From an uncultured Rhodobacteraceae bacterium (lineage in GTDB: Bacteria > Pseudomonadota > Alphaproteobacteria > Rhodobacterales > Rhodobacteraceae), in the NCBI GenBank assembly GCA_947503935.1, contig CANNFR010000008.1:133251-197250 (forward strand): a stretch of DNA of 64,000 bases. Reading direction: 5' to 3'. Under the pieces are notes generated by a model. It saw only the letters and a list, made by a program, of their open reading frames with translations. It ran no database searches and was not told where the DNA came from. Made by a program: the position numbers and the translations under genes. Of the stretch, positions 47,869 to 59,163 are shown in pieces; the first letter of the stretch is position 1, and every line of letters starts with the position of its first letter.

Positions 47869-50589
47869 GTGACGAACGCCATTGTATCGGATGCGCCGCT
47901 TGCGCGGATATCCGAAGTGCTAGTTGAGCAAGGTATCAAGCTCACCGCCGCCGCGGTTGTGCTCATTGTGGCTGGCCTGTACCTCTTCCCGCAACCCTTC
48001 GAAATCCTGGCGCTTTCCGCCGGGGCCACGCTGATCAGCCTGGCCGTTCTGGGGCAGGCTCTGGTGTTCGTTCAGACCCGCGGCATACGCGGCACCATCC
48101 GCGATATTGATGCAGTCGCGAAGAACGATCTTGCGCCCTGCCTGCTGACCCAAGCCGATGGCGAGGTGCGCTATGTGAACCCCGCGGCCAGCAAGCGCTT
48201 CAAGTCCCGCTCTGGCGGCACATTGGTTCAGGCCTTGGGCGATCTCTTCGCCAATCCCGCCGGTGTTCTTTTCCGGTTGCAGGAGAAGGCTTCTGCCGTC
48301 GGCGGCGCCCGGGAAGAGGTGGTCACGCGCAGGGGGCATATTCGGCTAACAGTGGTTGCTCTCGCGGGCGATTGTTTCCTCTGGCGCTTTGAAGAAATGG
48401 CCGAGCCGCGCATGCCCGCCAAGGGCCTGGAAGGGTTCAGCCTGCCCATGCTCATCGTTAACAAGGCGGGCAACGTCCAGTTCATGAATGAGGCTTTGCG
48501 CCAGACTTTGGGCGGCGGTGCCAAGTATCTCGACCGGATGATCGACGATCTGCCGGTGCGCTCCGGCGCCGTGCATCAGGTCTCGACACCGCAGGGGACA
48601 AAGCCGTTCCGCTTGTTCGAAATCGCGGTCTCCGACGACCGTGCCGAGATTTACTTCCTGCCGGTTGAGATGGCGGAGGCGGACAAGGGCTTGGGCCGAT
48701 TGTCCGGGATTGAGGATCTACCCGTCGGATTGCTGCAATTGCAGGCTGACGGGCAGATTGCCGAAGCCAACAAGTTGGCGCGCGATCTGCTTGAGCCGGA
48801 GGCGAATGTCGATCTGGTGGGTCTGGCGCTTGGGGACCGGCTTGAGGCGCTTGGCCGCCCGGTCCGCGATTGGCTGGAGGAGGCCGCTCAGGGCCATGGG
48901 CTTGGCCGGCCCGAGGTCTTGCGCGTCCGCTCGGCCGAGACCGAGACGTTCCTGCAAGTCACTCTTGGCCGTATCGTCGAAGATGGCAGGGTCAGTCTTG
49001 TCGCGGTTCTGAATGACGCGACCGAGTTGAAAACGCTTGAGGCGCAGTTCGTTCAAAGTCAGAAGATGCAGGCGATCGGGCAATTGGCGGGCGGTGTCGC
49101 CCATGATTTCAACAACCTGCTCACGGCGATATCTGGCCATTGCGACCTGATGCTGCTGCGCCATGACCAGGGCGACCCCGATTATGGCGATCTGGTGCAG
49201 ATCCACCAGAATGCAAATCGCGCGGCGTCGCTGGTGGGTCAGCTTTTGGCCTTCTCGCGCAAGCAGACGCTGCAACCGCAGATCATCGATCTGCGGGATA
49301 CCTTGTCGGATCTGACGCATCTTCTGAACCGTTTGGTCGGCGAACGTGTGGCGCTGACCCTACAGCACGAGACCGATTTGCCGCCGATCCGCGCGGACAA
49401 GCGGCAGCTTGAACAGGTTATCATGAACCTCGTGGTCAATGCCCGCGATGCCATGCCCGAGGGCGGTGAAATCCGGGTTGAGACGGTGACCCGCGTTCTG
49501 GGCGATGAATTGCGCCGGGATCGTGCGAAAGTGCCGCCGGGGCGCTACGTGGTGGTCAAGGTTGAAGATCACGGTACGGGTATTCCACCCGACAAGCTCA
49601 GCAAGATCTTTGAGCCGTTTTACACCACCAAGCGTACGGGCGAAGGGACTGGCCTCGGGCTGTCGACCGCTTACGGCATCGTCAAGCAAAGCGGCGGGTT
49701 CATTTTTGTCGACAGCGTGGTCGGAAACGGCACGGCGTTCACCTTGTACTTCCCCGCCCATGAGCCACCCGCCGAGATTGCCGCCCTGCCGGAGAAACCA
49801 AGCCCGGCTAAGAAAGCCCGGGCCAATAGCTCGGCCGGCATCGTCTGGCAGGCCCCCGCTTTCGCCGCACGGGGCAATGGCGCTGCTGCGGGCGCGGTGG
49901 CGTTCGACAATTTTGAGATGGCGGAAACTGTCCCGGTCGCGGCCTCCGACAGCGCAATTTCGGCAAAGGACGAGGTTGAGCTTGGTATCTGGACCGCGGC
50001 GCAAGACCCCGAGGAGGGACCTGCCGTCTCAGACGATGCTGGCGATGCAGCAGCCATCGGTGTCGTGGAAGCAGACGATATGTCCGCGACTGTAGATGTG
50101 GCGCACTTGACCGAGGTGTCGGACAAAGATGCTGCTTTGAGTTCCGAAAACGCCGGCACGACACCCGATCTGCCGATCGAAACTGGGCAAGGGATTGCGC
50201 AGGTGCCGGCTTCGCCACCTAAGGGCGAGGGGGTGATCTTGTTGGTCGAGGATGAAGCACCCGTCCGCGCCTTCGCGTCGCGGGCCTTGCGCATGCGGGG
50301 CTATACGGTGATCGAGGCCGAGAATGCCGAGGAAGCGCTTGCGACCCTTGAGGATGAGGCTCTCGAGATCGATGTTTTCGTCACAGACGTAATCATGCCC
50401 GGGTTGGATGGGCCAAGCTGGGTGCGCCAGGCGCTCGAGAAACGTCCCGGTGTGAAGGTGGTCTTCGTATCCGGATATGCCGAGGATTCGTTCGGTGAAG
50501 AACAGGCGAAGATACCGAACTCGGTCTTCTTGCCGAAACCGTTCTCCCTCAGCGAACTGACGGCGACCGTACAGGACCAGATCCTTTAG
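47869..50589 (+). CDS. cckA: CckA-like hybrid histidine kinase / response regulator
   Basis: Two N-terminal TM helices, PAS regions, the CckA-typical H-box GGVAHDFNNLLTAI, HATPase (NARDAM, GTGLGLS), a linker of about 190 aa and a C-terminal REC domain. Confidence 0.7.
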   Translation: MTNAIVSDAPLARISEVLVEQGIKLTAAAVVLIVAGLYLFPQPFEILALSAGATLISLAVLGQALVFVQTRGIRGTIRDIDAVAKNDLAPCLLTQADGEVRYVNPAASKRFKSRSGGTLVQALGDLFANPAGVLFRLQEKASAVGGAREEVVTRRGHIRLTVVALAGDCFLWRFEEMAEPRMPAKGLEGFSLPMLIVNKAGNVQFMNEALRQTLGGGAKYLDRMIDDLPVRSGAVHQVSTPQGTKPFRLFEIAVSDDRAEIYFLPVEMAEADKGLGRLSGIEDLPVGLLQLQADGQIAEANKLARDLLEPEANVDLVGLALGDRLEALGRPVRDWLEEAAQGHGLGRPEVLRVRSAETETFLQVTLGRIVEDGRVSLVAVLNDATELKTLEAQFVQSQKMQAIGQLAGGVAHDFNNLLTAISGHCDLMLLRHDQGDPDYGDLVQIHQNANRAASLVGQLLAFSRKQTLQPQIIDLRDTLSDLTHLLNRLVGERVALTLQHETDLPPIRADKRQLEQVIMNLVVNARDAMPEGGEIRVETVTRVLGDELRRDRAKVPPGRYVVVKVEDHGTGIPPDKLSKIFEPFYTTKRTGEGTGLGLSTAYGIVKQSGGFIFVDSVVGNGTAFTLYFPAHEPPAEIAALPEKPSPAKKARANSSAGIVWQAPAFAARGNGAAAGAVAFDNFEMAETVPVAASDSAISAKDEVELGIWTAAQDPEEGPAVSDDAGDAAAIGVVEADDMSATVDVAHLTEVSDKDAALSSENAGTTPDLPIETGQGIAQVPASPPKGEGVILLVEDEAPVRAFASRALRMRGYTVIEAENAEEALATLEDEALEIDVFVTDVIMPGLDGPSWVRQALEKRPGVKVVFVSGYAEDSFGEEQAKIPNSVFLPKPFSLSELTATVQDQIL

Positions 50590-51042
50590 TCCGCAAGGCT
50601 TTGTGATGGCGCTCTAGGGATGCTTTTTGCACAATGAAGGGTGGAAAAACGGCGCAGAAGAGAGCGACCCTGATGACCGCCGCCTCCCGCAATGTTCCTG
50701 TCGATCAGAAAAGCTTGTGCGGAACGGGTCGGTCTACACAGATGATTCTTCCGCAGCGCCCCTGACCATACGATACGCGTGCCGCCAGTGCTGCCGAGAA
50801 GCCTAGGCTTTCGGATCTGACTATACATTTGCAGATCTGATTAAGTTGGCTCGCGATCAGAAAAGAAAACGAAATCGGCGGCTTACAGGTGCTCTTTGAA
50901 GCAAGTGGCATTCGAAAATGTAAGGGCACGCAGAAGTTTCAGACACTCACCAATCGGTAACCAGTCTTTAACCAAAGCATTAGAATGTAGAATTGCAAAA
51001 AATTCGATTGAAATGTTCTTGTTTTGGACCCATAACAAGACA

Positions 51043-51057
51043 GAACGCAACGTGAAC
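51043..51057 (+). promoter_or_regulatory. LexA (SOS) box GAACGCAACGTGAAC upstream of recA
   Basis: A perfect GAAC-N7-GAAC (GTTC-N7-GTTC on the other strand) lies 50 nt before the recA ATG. A weaker GTTC-N7-GGAC lies at 51015-51029. Confidence 0.75.
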
Positions 51058-51107
51058 AATTGCGGCAATTGCCGGCCTTCGGCGGGTGTGAAATAAGGAA
51101 TGGCAGA

Positions 51108-52184
<1,077 letters not shown>

Positions 52185-52255
52185 ACCCGAACGGTTGCAG
52201 AAAAGGAACTGCCGAAATCTTCCCAGTCGGGAAACGTTCGGATCGATAATACTCC

Positions 52256-52294
52256 GGGGCGGACCGTGACAACGGTCGCGCCCCGTTTCGTTTT
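52256..52294 (+). terminator. intrinsic terminator after recA
   Basis: GGGGCGGACCGT-gaca-ACGGTCGCGCCCC (one bulge) followed by GTTTCGTTTT. Confidence 0.7.
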
Positions 52295-52299
52295 CCGGA

Positions 52300-52665
52300 T
52301 CAGGGGACCGAAACGAAGACGATGCAGTCAGTTCCAGGCCCCCGGCATCCGGGAAGGACGGCTGAATCCGGATTATAGCCCACAAAGCCGAGCGGAACCG
52401 GGAAGATGATACCGGCCTGCTTCCCCTCAGCCTCCTTCGAGGCAAGGCGCCTTACAGAGGGAAGATGGACCCGGCAATTCTTGTCGACGCCGCGCGGTGC
52501 GCGCACCTCAACGATAAGAGCGCGGCTGCCGTTCTCAAGGCGGAATGAATAGCCACCCGATTGCGACTCGACATCCCGTTTCGTAACCCAGGTCTGCGCC
52601 GAGACAGGTGCAGCGATGGTCAGCAGCGCGAAAATCGCCGGGACAAAGGTTTTTGCCAAGATCAT
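52300..52665 (-). CDS. secreted hypothetical protein (121 aa)
   Basis: The start [25 protein letters not shown] gives a signal peptide. GGAGA RBS. No motif was recognised. Confidence 0.5.
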   Translation of the reverse strand: MILAKTFVPAIFALLTIAAPVSAQTWVTKRDVESQSGGYSFRLENGSRALIVEVRAPRGVDKNCRVHLPSVRRLASKEAEGKQAGIIFPVPLGFVGYNPDSAVLPGCRGPGTDCIVFVSVP

Positions 52666-52869
52666 GATTGGTCTCCGTTCGGTCAGGTTCAGCGGTCGGT
52701 GCCCCGCATCTGGCAAGCTTGGGTCGCCGCAGCCGCGGATCGGGTTCAAAAATATGGTGTGCTCGCTAGGGCTTCTCTTGGGTCTTGCCAGACCATTGCC
52801 CCAAGTCTCGGTGGACAGCGCGCGGTCCAGTGGCTATGTCCGCGATTACCCCAATGTAAGAGGCGTCCG

Positions 52870-55542
52870 ATGCCCAGCTTGAACGATATCCGAACGACGT
52901 TTCTCGACTACTTCGCCAAGAATGGGCATGAGGTTGTCGACAGCTCGCCGCTGGTGCCGCGCAACGATCCGACGCTGATGTTCGCCAATTCCGGCATGGT
53001 GCAGTTCAAGAACCTGTTCACCGGGGTCGAGCATCGCGAGTATAAGCGCGCGACGACCAGCCAGAAATGCGTGCGTGCCGGCGGCAAGCACAACGATCTG
53101 GACAATGTGGGCTACACGGCCCGTCACCATACCTTCTTCGAAATGCTGGGGAATTTCAGCTTCGGCGATTACTTCAAGGAAGAGGCGATCCCCTTTGCCT
53201 GGGAATTGCTGACCCGTGATTTCGATATCCCGAAGGACCGGCTTTTGGTTACCGTTTACCATACCGATGACGAGGCCGCGGAGATCTGGAAGAAGGTCGC
53301 GGGTCTGCCGGAGGAGCGGATCATTCGCATCCCCACCAGTGACAATTTCTGGCAGATGGGCCCGACGGGCCCGTGCGGCCCCTGCACCGAGATTTTCTTC
53401 GATCACGGCGATCATATCTGGGGTGGCCCGCCGGGCAGCCCTGAGGAGGACGGCGATCGGTTCATCGAGATCTGGAACCTCGTTTTCATGCAGAACGAGC
53501 AATTAGCCGATGGCTCGATGGTGCCGCTGGATATGCAATCGATCGACACCGGCATGGGGCTGGAGCGGATCGGGGCGCTGTTGCAGGGCAAGCACGACAA
53601 TTACGACACCGACCTGATGCGCAGCCTGATCGAGGCATCGGCCCAGGCCACCAGCAGTGACCCCGATGGCGAGGGCAAGGTGCACCACCGGGTGATTGCG
53701 GATCACCTGCGGTCCACCAGCTTTCTGATCGCCGACGGGGTGATGCCCTCGAATGAGGGCCGCGGCTATGTGCTGCGCCGGATCATGCGGCGCGCGATGC
53801 GCCATGCGCATCAGCTGGGCGCGGACGATCCGCTGATGCATCGTCTGGTCCCGGCGCTGGTCAGCCAGATGGGGCAGGCCTATCCGGAATTGGTGCGCGC
53901 CAAGGCGTTGATCACAGAGACGCTGGAGTTGGAAGAAAAGCGGTTCCAGAAAACGCTGGATCGCGGGTTGCGGCTTTTGGATGACGAGTTGGCCAAGCTG
54001 CCCGAGGGCGCGGCCCTGCCGGGCGAGGCTGCGTTCAAGCTCTATGACACCTATGGCTTCCCTCTCGACCTGACGCAGGATGCGCTGCGCGAGAAGGGGC
54101 GCAGTGTCGATACGGCCGGGTTCGATGCGGCCATGAAGGCGCAGAAAGAGCAAGCGCGGGCTAACTGGGCGGGCTCGGGCGACCAAAAGGATGCGGCGAT
54201 CTGGTTCGATCTGGCCGATCGGGTCGAGCCGTCTGAATTCCTGGGCTACGACACCGAGCGGGCCGAGGGCGAGGTGCTGGGCATCGTGGCCGATGGCAAA
54301 CTGATCGATGCGATCGCGGCCGGACAGACCGCCTGGCTGATCGTCAACCAGACCCCGTTTTATGCCGAAGCGGGCGGGCAGGTGGCCGACCACGGTTTCA
54401 TCCGCAAGCTGGCCGACCATGACACCCAAGGCGCTGTCTCGGACGTTCAGAAATTCGCCGATGGACGGATCATCGGCCATAAGACGAATGTGGCCGAGGG
54501 CCGCATCGCGGTGGGCGATGCGGTGGCGCTTGAGGTCGATCACCCGCGGCGGACGGCGATCCGCGCGAACCATTCGGCGACGCATCTGCTTCACGAGGCT
54601 TTGCGGCGCGCCTTGGGTGACCACGTGGCGCAGAAGGGGTCGCTGAACGCCGAGGATCGGCTACGCTTTGACTTCAGCCATGCCAAGGGGATGACGCAGG
54701 GTGAGTTGGAGACGGTTGAGGCCGAGGTCAACGATTTCGTCCGCCAGAACACCGCCGTCGAGACACGGATCATGACGCCTGACGATGCGCGCGATTTGGG
54801 CGCGCAGGCGCTTTTCGGCGAGAAATACGGCGATGAGGTGCGGGTGGTGTCGATGGGCACGCTGCATGGCTCGGGGAAGGGTTTGGACCGCGAGACCTAC
54901 TCGATCGAGCTCTGCGGTGGCACCCATGTGCGGCGCACCGGCGATATCGGTGGCTTTGTGCTTTTGGGCGACAGCGCGTCTTCGGCAGGTGTCCGGCGCA
55001 TTGAGGCCCTGACGGGCGAGGCGGCGCGCAAGCATCTGGCGGGCGAGGCAAAGCGGGTGGCTGAGATTGCTGCTGCCCTGAAGGCGCAACCGGGGGAGTT
55101 GGTGGAGCGCGTGAAAGCGCTACTCGACGAACGCAAGGCCCTGCAGAACGAGGTGGCGCAGCTGCGCCGCGATCTGGCGATGTCGGGCGGCGCGGCCGAG
55201 GGGCCGACCGTGCGCGATGTCGCGGGCGTGCCGTTTCTGGCGCAGGTTTTGCAGGGCGTCTCGGGCAAGGACCTTCCGCCGCTCATCGATGAGCATAAGG
55301 CGCGGATCGGCTCGGGCGCGATCCTCTTGATCGCGGATGCGGGCGGCAAGGCGGCCATCGCGGCCGGTGTGACCGACGATCTGACCGGTCAGGTCTCGGC
55401 CGTTGAGATCGTCAAGGCGGCGGCCGGCGCGCTGGGGGGCAAGGGCGGCGGCGGGCGCGCGGACATGGCCCAGGCCGGCGGCCCGAGTGCCGAGAATGCA
55501 GAGGCCGCCATCGCCGCTGCCGAAGCCATCATCGGAGGATAG
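52870..55542 (+). CDS. alaS: alanine--tRNA ligase
   Basis: N-terminus [20 protein letters not shown], class II motifs, editing-domain HxxxH/CxxxH ([13 protein letters not shown]) and a C-terminal DHHA1-like region. Confidence 0.97.
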   Translation: MPSLNDIRTTFLDYFAKNGHEVVDSSPLVPRNDPTLMFANSGMVQFKNLFTGVEHREYKRATTSQKCVRAGGKHNDLDNVGYTARHHTFFEMLGNFSFGDYFKEEAIPFAWELLTRDFDIPKDRLLVTVYHTDDEAAEIWKKVAGLPEERIIRIPTSDNFWQMGPTGPCGPCTEIFFDHGDHIWGGPPGSPEEDGDRFIEIWNLVFMQNEQLADGSMVPLDMQSIDTGMGLERIGALLQGKHDNYDTDLMRSLIEASAQATSSDPDGEGKVHHRVIADHLRSTSFLIADGVMPSNEGRGYVLRRIMRRAMRHAHQLGADDPLMHRLVPALVSQMGQAYPELVRAKALITETLELEEKRFQKTLDRGLRLLDDELAKLPEGAALPGEAAFKLYDTYGFPLDLTQDALREKGRSVDTAGFDAAMKAQKEQARANWAGSGDQKDAAIWFDLADRVEPSEFLGYDTERAEGEVLGIVADGKLIDAIAAGQTAWLIVNQTPFYAEAGGQVADHGFIRKLADHDTQGAVSDVQKFADGRIIGHKTNVAEGRIAVGDAVALEVDHPRRTAIRANHSATHLLHEALRRALGDHVAQKGSLNAEDRLRFDFSHAKGMTQGELETVEAEVNDFVRQNTAVETRIMTPDDARDLGAQALFGEKYGDEVRVVSMGTLHGSGKGLDRETYSIELCGGTHVRRTGDIGGFVLLGDSASSAGVRRIEALTGEAARKHLAGEAKRVAEIAAALKAQPGELVERVKALLDERKALQNEVAQLRRDLAMSGGAAEGPTVRDVAGVPFLAQVLQGVSGKDLPPLIDEHKARIGSGAILLIADAGGKAAIAAGVTDDLTGQVSAVEIVKAAAGALGGKGGGGRADMAQAGGPSAENAEAAIAAAEAIIGG

Positions 55543-55546
55543 ACTT

Positions 55547-55840
55547 ATGCCCAAAGCGCTCTGGATTGCCCATGTCGAGGTGACCGACGCGGACGCCTAT
55601 GGCCGCTATGCTGCCATCGCCACGGAAGCCATCGCCGAGCATGGCGGCGTCTTCATGGCCCGCGCCGGACGCTATCGCCAGATGGAGGGCAGGGATCGCC
55701 CGCGCAATGTGGTCGCCCGGTTCCCCAGCTTCGAGGCGGCCGTCGCCTGCTATGAAAGCCCCCGCTATCAGGAGGCGCTGAGCCACGCCAAGGGCGCCTC
55801 TGAACGCGATCTGGTGATCGTGGAAGAGGCCGAAGGATAA
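55547..55840 (+). CDS. DUF1330 domain protein
   Basis: 97-aa dimeric alpha-beta-barrel-like protein (AHVEVTD...Y..Y ... G ... VV..FPS...A...Y.S..Y). GGAGGA lies inside the alaS 3' end. Confidence 0.7.
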   Translation: MPKALWIAHVEVTDADAYGRYAAIATEAIAEHGGVFMARAGRYRQMEGRDRPRNVVARFPSFEAAVACYESPRYQEALSHAKGASERDLVIVEEAEG

Positions 55841-55898
55841 GGGCGCTTTCGCACAAACCCTGTGCGCGTATCGCCCTTGGTCCGATAGCCGTCAGGTC

Positions 55899-55954
55899 CA
55901 TATGAAACTCCAAAGGGCCGTCTGAGGCCCGTAGAAGTTTGGAGATTTCATATG
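55899..55954 (+). promoter_or_regulatory. long inverted repeat enclosing the RBS and start codon of the dioxygenase gene
   Basis: CATATGAAACTCCAAA ... TTTGGAGATTTCATATG forms 16/17 nt arms with one bulge. The inner hairpin is GGGCC-gtctga-GGCCC. The right arm contains GGAGA and ATG 55952. Confidence 0.5.
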
Positions 55955-56884
55955 CTCACCCAGATCCAGGGCCTGCACCACGTGACCTCGATGGCGCGGG
56001 ATGCCCAAGAAAACAACGCGTTTTTCACCGATACGCTGGGCTTGCGCCGCGTGAAGAAGACGGTGAATTTCGACGCGCCGGACGTCTATCACCTCTATTA
56101 CGGCGATGCCGAGGGCACGCCCGGGTCGGTGATGACCTACTTTCCCTTCCCCAATGCCGGGCGCGGCCGCCCCGGCGTGGGTGAGGTCGGGACCACGGTT
56201 TTTGCGGTGCCTGAGGGGGCTCTGCCGTTCTGGCAGGAGCGTCTTGCCGCGATGGGTGTGGCCAATATCGGCCAGGAGACGCGCTTCGGAGAGGACCGGC
56301 TGACTTTCGACGGCCCCGATGGTGATGGGTTCGCGCTGGTCGAACAGCCGGGCGACAGCCGCAGCCCGTGGGGCGAGGGCGGCGTGCCGGCGGATCAGGC
56401 GATCCGGGGCTTTCACTCCACCGCGATGCGGCTGGCCGATATCGGCGCCACGTCCGAGCTGCTGCGCTTCATGGGCTATACCAAGGCCGACAGCGCCGAG
56501 GCCACCACGCGCTTCGTGCGGGACGGCGGCAATGGTGCGCATGTCATTGATCTTGAGGAACTTCCCGGTGCTGCGCCGGCGGCACAAGGTGCGGGCTCGG
56601 TCCATCATGTGGCGTTTTCGGTGCCTGACCGGGCGGCGCAATTGGAGGTCCGCAAGGCCATCGAGGATACCGGTTACAGAGTGACCCCGGTGATCGATCG
56701 CGACTACTTCTGGGCGATCTACTTCCGCACCCCCGGCGGTGTTCTGTTCGAGGTGGCGACGGACGAGCCCGGGTTTACCCGGGACGAGGACGCCGCGCAT
56801 CTGGGCGAAACCCTGAAGCTGCCCACCCAGCACGAGCATCTACGCGGCTGGCTGGAAGAAAACCTTCCCGCCATCGGCGAGTGA
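55952..56884 (+). CDS. VOC-family ring-cleaving dioxygenase (MhqO-like)
   Basis: Two glyoxalase/extradiol-dioxygenase modules (GLHHVT ... HLYYGD ... GSVHHVAF ... YFRTPGGVLFE). Confidence 0.8.
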   Translation: MLTQIQGLHHVTSMARDAQENNAFFTDTLGLRRVKKTVNFDAPDVYHLYYGDAEGTPGSVMTYFPFPNAGRGRPGVGEVGTTVFAVPEGALPFWQERLAAMGVANIGQETRFGEDRLTFDGPDGDGFALVEQPGDSRSPWGEGGVPADQAIRGFHSTAMRLADIGATSELLRFMGYTKADSAEATTRFVRDGGNGAHVIDLEELPGAAPAAQGAGSVHHVAFSVPDRAAQLEVRKAIEDTGYRVTPVIDRDYFWAIYFRTPGGVLFEVATDEPGFTRDEDAAHLGETLKLPTQHEHLRGWLEENLPAIGE

Positions 56885-56894
56885 GGGCGGGGCC

Positions 56895-57494
56895 ATGACC
56901 TACACATTCGTCGAAGAGCGCGCCCAGCCGGGCGCGCCGCTTCTGATGACATTCCACGGCACGGGTGGGACCGAGCATCAATTCTCGGATCTGGCCGCAT
57001 CCTTGATGCCCCAAGCCAGCCACATCGCGCCGCGCGGCGACGTGAGCGAGCACGGCGCGCTGAGGTTCTTTCGCCGCGCCGGCGAGGGCGTCTACGACAT
57101 GGCGGATTTGACCCAGCGGACCGAGGCAATGTCAAAATTCGTGGCTGCGCAAAAGGCCAGGCTGTCCCCCAAACGCTTGATCGGGCTTGGCTATTCCAAC
57201 GGGGCCAACATCCTGGCCTCGGTCGCGTTCCACAGCCCGAGCCTCTTCGATGATCTGGTGTTGATGCACCCGCTGATCCCGTTTCGCCCCGAGAAAGCCG
57301 ACCTGACCGGCCTTTCGGTTCTGATCACCGCGGGTGAGCATGATCCGATCGGCCCCAAGCCGCGGACTGTCGCGCTGTCGGAGATGTTCGAAGAGGATGG
57401 CGCCGACGTGACTATGCACTGGCATCCGGGCGGGCACGAATTGCGTGCCTGCGAGGTCGATGCAGCAGCCGCGTTCCTGACTGGAAAGGCATGA
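56895..57494 (+). CDS. phospholipase/carboxylesterase-family alpha/beta hydrolase (MhqD-like)
   Basis: HGTGG oxyanion region, the GYSNGAN nucleophile elbow, and downstream D/H residues. Confidence 0.8.
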   Translation: MTYTFVEERAQPGAPLLMTFHGTGGTEHQFSDLAASLMPQASHIAPRGDVSEHGALRFFRRAGEGVYDMADLTQRTEAMSKFVAAQKARLSPKRLIGLGYSNGANILASVAFHSPSLFDDLVLMHPLIPFRPEKADLTGLSVLITAGEHDPIGPKPRTVALSEMFEEDGADVTMHWHPGGHELRACEVDAAAAFLTGKA

Positions 57495-57532
57495 GGTCGT
57501 GCGAAAAACTCGCCCGATCTGACGATGGCCTC

Positions 57533-58096
57533 TCAGTAAACCGTCACTTTCGTGCCGATCGGGATCTGCTCGTACAGATGCGTGACATGGGCGTTCAGCA
57601 TCCGGATGCAGCCGTTCGAAACCGACCGCCCGATTGAGTTCGGCTCGGTCGTGCCATGAATCCGGAACGCCGTGTCGCGCCCGTTCTTATAGAGGTAAAG
57701 TGCGCGCGCGCCCAAGGGGTTACCGGGGCCGCCGGGCATTCCATCGGCATATTTGGCATAGCGCGGATTACGCTCGATCATCTCTGGCGTGGGCCGCCAG
57801 GACGGCCATTCGGCCTTGCGCCCGATCACCGCCTCACCGCGAAAGTTCAACCCCTCCTGGCCCACGGCCACGCCGTAACGTACGGCCTCACGATCACCGG
57901 TGACGTGATAGAGGTGATGGCTGCCGATCAGAACGATGATCTGGCCCGGCGTGAATTCACGCTTCACACGCACGCGGACGGGCCGCAGATGCTCGGCCAG
58001 GACAAACGGTTCCCGCGCGGCCTGGCCAAAGGCCGGCACTGCCGGGGCCGCGACCGAGGCGGCGGTGAGAGCAAGGATCTGGCGCCGAGAGAGCAT
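57533..58096 (-). CDS. L,D-transpeptidase (YkuD domain)
   Basis: Catalytic HGT ... SNGCIRM motif. The N-terminal RRQIL signal is Tat-like. Confidence 0.85.
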   Translation of the reverse strand: MLSRRQILALTAASVAAPAVPAFGQAAREPFVLAEHLRPVRVRVKREFTPGQIIVLIGSHHLYHVTGDREAVRYGVAVGQEGLNFRGEAVIGRKAEWPSWRPTPEMIERNPRYAKYADGMPGGPGNPLGARALYLYKNGRDTAFRIHGTTEPNSIGRSVSNGCIRMLNAHVTHLYEQIPIGTKVTVY

Positions 58097-58367
58097 ATGT
58101 GTATTCTTCCAATTGCAGGTGAGACCTTGGCTAACTATCGCGTCTACCCCCGTGGCGCCAAGGAAAAAGCGCAAGCCAAAGCGAACGGGGCGAGGTCAGG
58201 ACGCTCACCTTTTCGTGAGGTGGCCTCCCTATATCTTTGGAATCGAGGGACTTATAGGCTCACATTCCAAGATACGGGTTTTCGGGGCAGACATTCCGCC
58301 AAGGCCGACCTATAGAGCTTTCGTTGCAATATGTGCCTGTCCCGCCACAGACAGAATGGGGTTTTAC

Positions 58368-59126
58368 ATGCTGAACCGTCTTGCCGCCGCCTTTGTCGCC
58401 GCCACTTTGCCGCTGGCCAGCCCCGTTTTTGCGCAGGAGTTGACGCCGGAAGAGGTCAAGCGGCTGGCGCTTGAGGCCATTCTCGAGAACCCAGGTATCG
58501 TGATGGAGGCGGTCGAGATTTTGCGCGCGCAGGAGGAAGCCGAGCAGATCGCGGCCACGCAGGCGGCAATCGCCCAGATGCAGGTGGAATTGCTGAACGA
58601 CCCCAACGCGCCCGTCATGGGCAACCCCGAGGGCGATGTGACCGTGGTGGAGTTCTTCGATTACAACTGCCCTTACTGCAAACAGGCGGCCAGCGAGGTG
58701 AAAACCCTGATCGAGGCCGACCCGAATGTCCGCGTGCTCTATCGCGAATGGCCGATCCTGGGCGAGGGATCGCTTTTCGCCGCCCGGGCGGCCTTGGCGG
58801 CGCGAGAGCAGGGGATGTACGACGCGTTCCATTGGGCGTTGATGGAGGATCGCACGCGCAAGGACGCAAGTGCCGTGTTGCGGATCGCCGGTGAGGTGGG
58901 CCTGGATCTCGACAAGCTGCAGGCCGACATGGAGGCCGAGGCCGTGACCGCCCATATCGAGCAATCGAACACTTTGGCGCGCGACCTTGGGTTTTCGGGC
59001 ACGCCGGCCTTCGTGATCGGCGATCAGGGCATCTTCGGCGTGGCCACGGCCGATCAGATGGCCGAGGCAATTGCATTGGCCCGGAGCGCATCGGCGGTCG
59101 ACGGCACCGGCACCCTTACGGAGTAG
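58368..59126 (+). CDS. DsbA-family periplasmic thiol:disulfide oxidoreductase
   Basis: Signal peptide, then a thioredoxin fold with the FFDYNCPYCK active site. Confidence 0.85.
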   Translation: MLNRLAAAFVAATLPLASPVFAQELTPEEVKRLALEAILENPGIVMEAVEILRAQEEAEQIAATQAAIAQMQVELLNDPNAPVMGNPEGDVTVVEFFDYNCPYCKQAASEVKTLIEADPNVRVLYREWPILGEGSLFAARAALAAREQGMYDAFHWALMEDRTRKDASAVLRIAGEVGLDLDKLQADMEAEAVTAHIEQSNTLARDLGFSGTPAFVIGDQGIFGVATADQMAEAIALARSASAVDGTGTLTE

Positions 59127-59163
59127 CTAGACGTCCGTTTAACCTCGGCTTTTGCGGCAGCGA

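Noticed and set aside
50634-50768. 44-codon basic ORF (MKGGKTAQKRATL...) in the cckA-recA spacer
   Set aside because: It has no Shine-Dalgarno and no hydrophobic or otherwise recognisable feature. It is indistinguishable from chance.
53503-54624. 373-aa ORF on the minus strand
   Set aside because: It is antisense to alaS.
55892-56839. 315-aa ORF on the minus strand
   Set aside because: It is antisense to the VOC dioxygenase gene, which has clear duplicated glyoxalase-fold motifs.
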